Of a DNA stretch of 64,000 nucleotides, positions 63,926 through 64,000 are shown one piece after another. Made by a program: the position numbers and the translations under genes. The notes beneath the pieces were generated by a model, which was not told the origin of the DNA, searched no databases, and saw only the letters and a list, made by a program, of their open reading frames with translations. The DNA is from Syntrophales bacterium (GTDB lineage Bacteria > Desulfobacterota > Syntrophia > Syntrophales > UBA6807), in NCBI GenBank assembly GCA_040767195.1, contig JAXGPA010000006.1, positions 1 to 64,000 of the forward strand. Direction: 5' to 3'. How positions within the stretch are numbered: the stretch's first letter is position 1; each line of letters starts with the position of its first letter.

Positions 63926-63951
63926 AAAAAAAGAGGCGGCAGGGCCGCCTC
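63926..63951 (-). terminator. Intrinsic terminator of an upstream gene outside the window
   Basis: GAGGCGGC-cct-GCCGCCTC-TTTTTTT on the minus strand. Confidence 0.8.
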
Positions 63952-64000
63952 CGCGGGGTCTTTGCAGACCGGATTTTTCAAGGTTTCACTTGGCCCTCAG

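Overview
GC-rich chromosomal segment of an anaerobic deltaproteobacterium (Desulfobacterota; gene content suggests Syntrophales, which is an inference). Bases ~1-4460 are the decayed, lower-GC end of a probable island abutting the 3' end of tRNA-Lys(CTT): a DUF3141/PHA-synthase-like gene, a DUF3313 lipoprotein, and an IS21 left end inserted in an IS3 remnant. The rest is mostly core or persistent genes: tRNA-Arg(TCG), tRNA-Met, CoA-transferases, pepA-oppDF-cutA, panG-panB with a pan-like RNA leader, feoAB, adk, an MrpA-less Mrp antiporter split into three pieces around a two-kinase/response-regulator/USP cassette, coaBC-udg-nfeD-slipin, and the kdsA-kdsC-lptCAB-rpoN-hpf-ptsN-hprK-rapZ block. 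Three items stand out. (1) A NifB/NifX-family gene absent from the ORF track (17750-18082, minus) has an in-frame UGA followed by a SECIS-like hairpin, making it a candidate selenoprotein. (2) A sigma54-controlled operon encodes lysine 2,3-aminomutase, two non-canonical Ddl-like ATP-grasp ligases and a GNAT, with visible enhancer sites and a pseudo-receiver activator; it is a candidate pathway for an unknown beta-lysyl peptide. (3) A methanogen-type YcaO lacks TfuA and is coupled to an unknown 116-aa protein. No CRISPR array, rRNA or prophage was seen. Family assignments come from motif recognition only; no searches were run.
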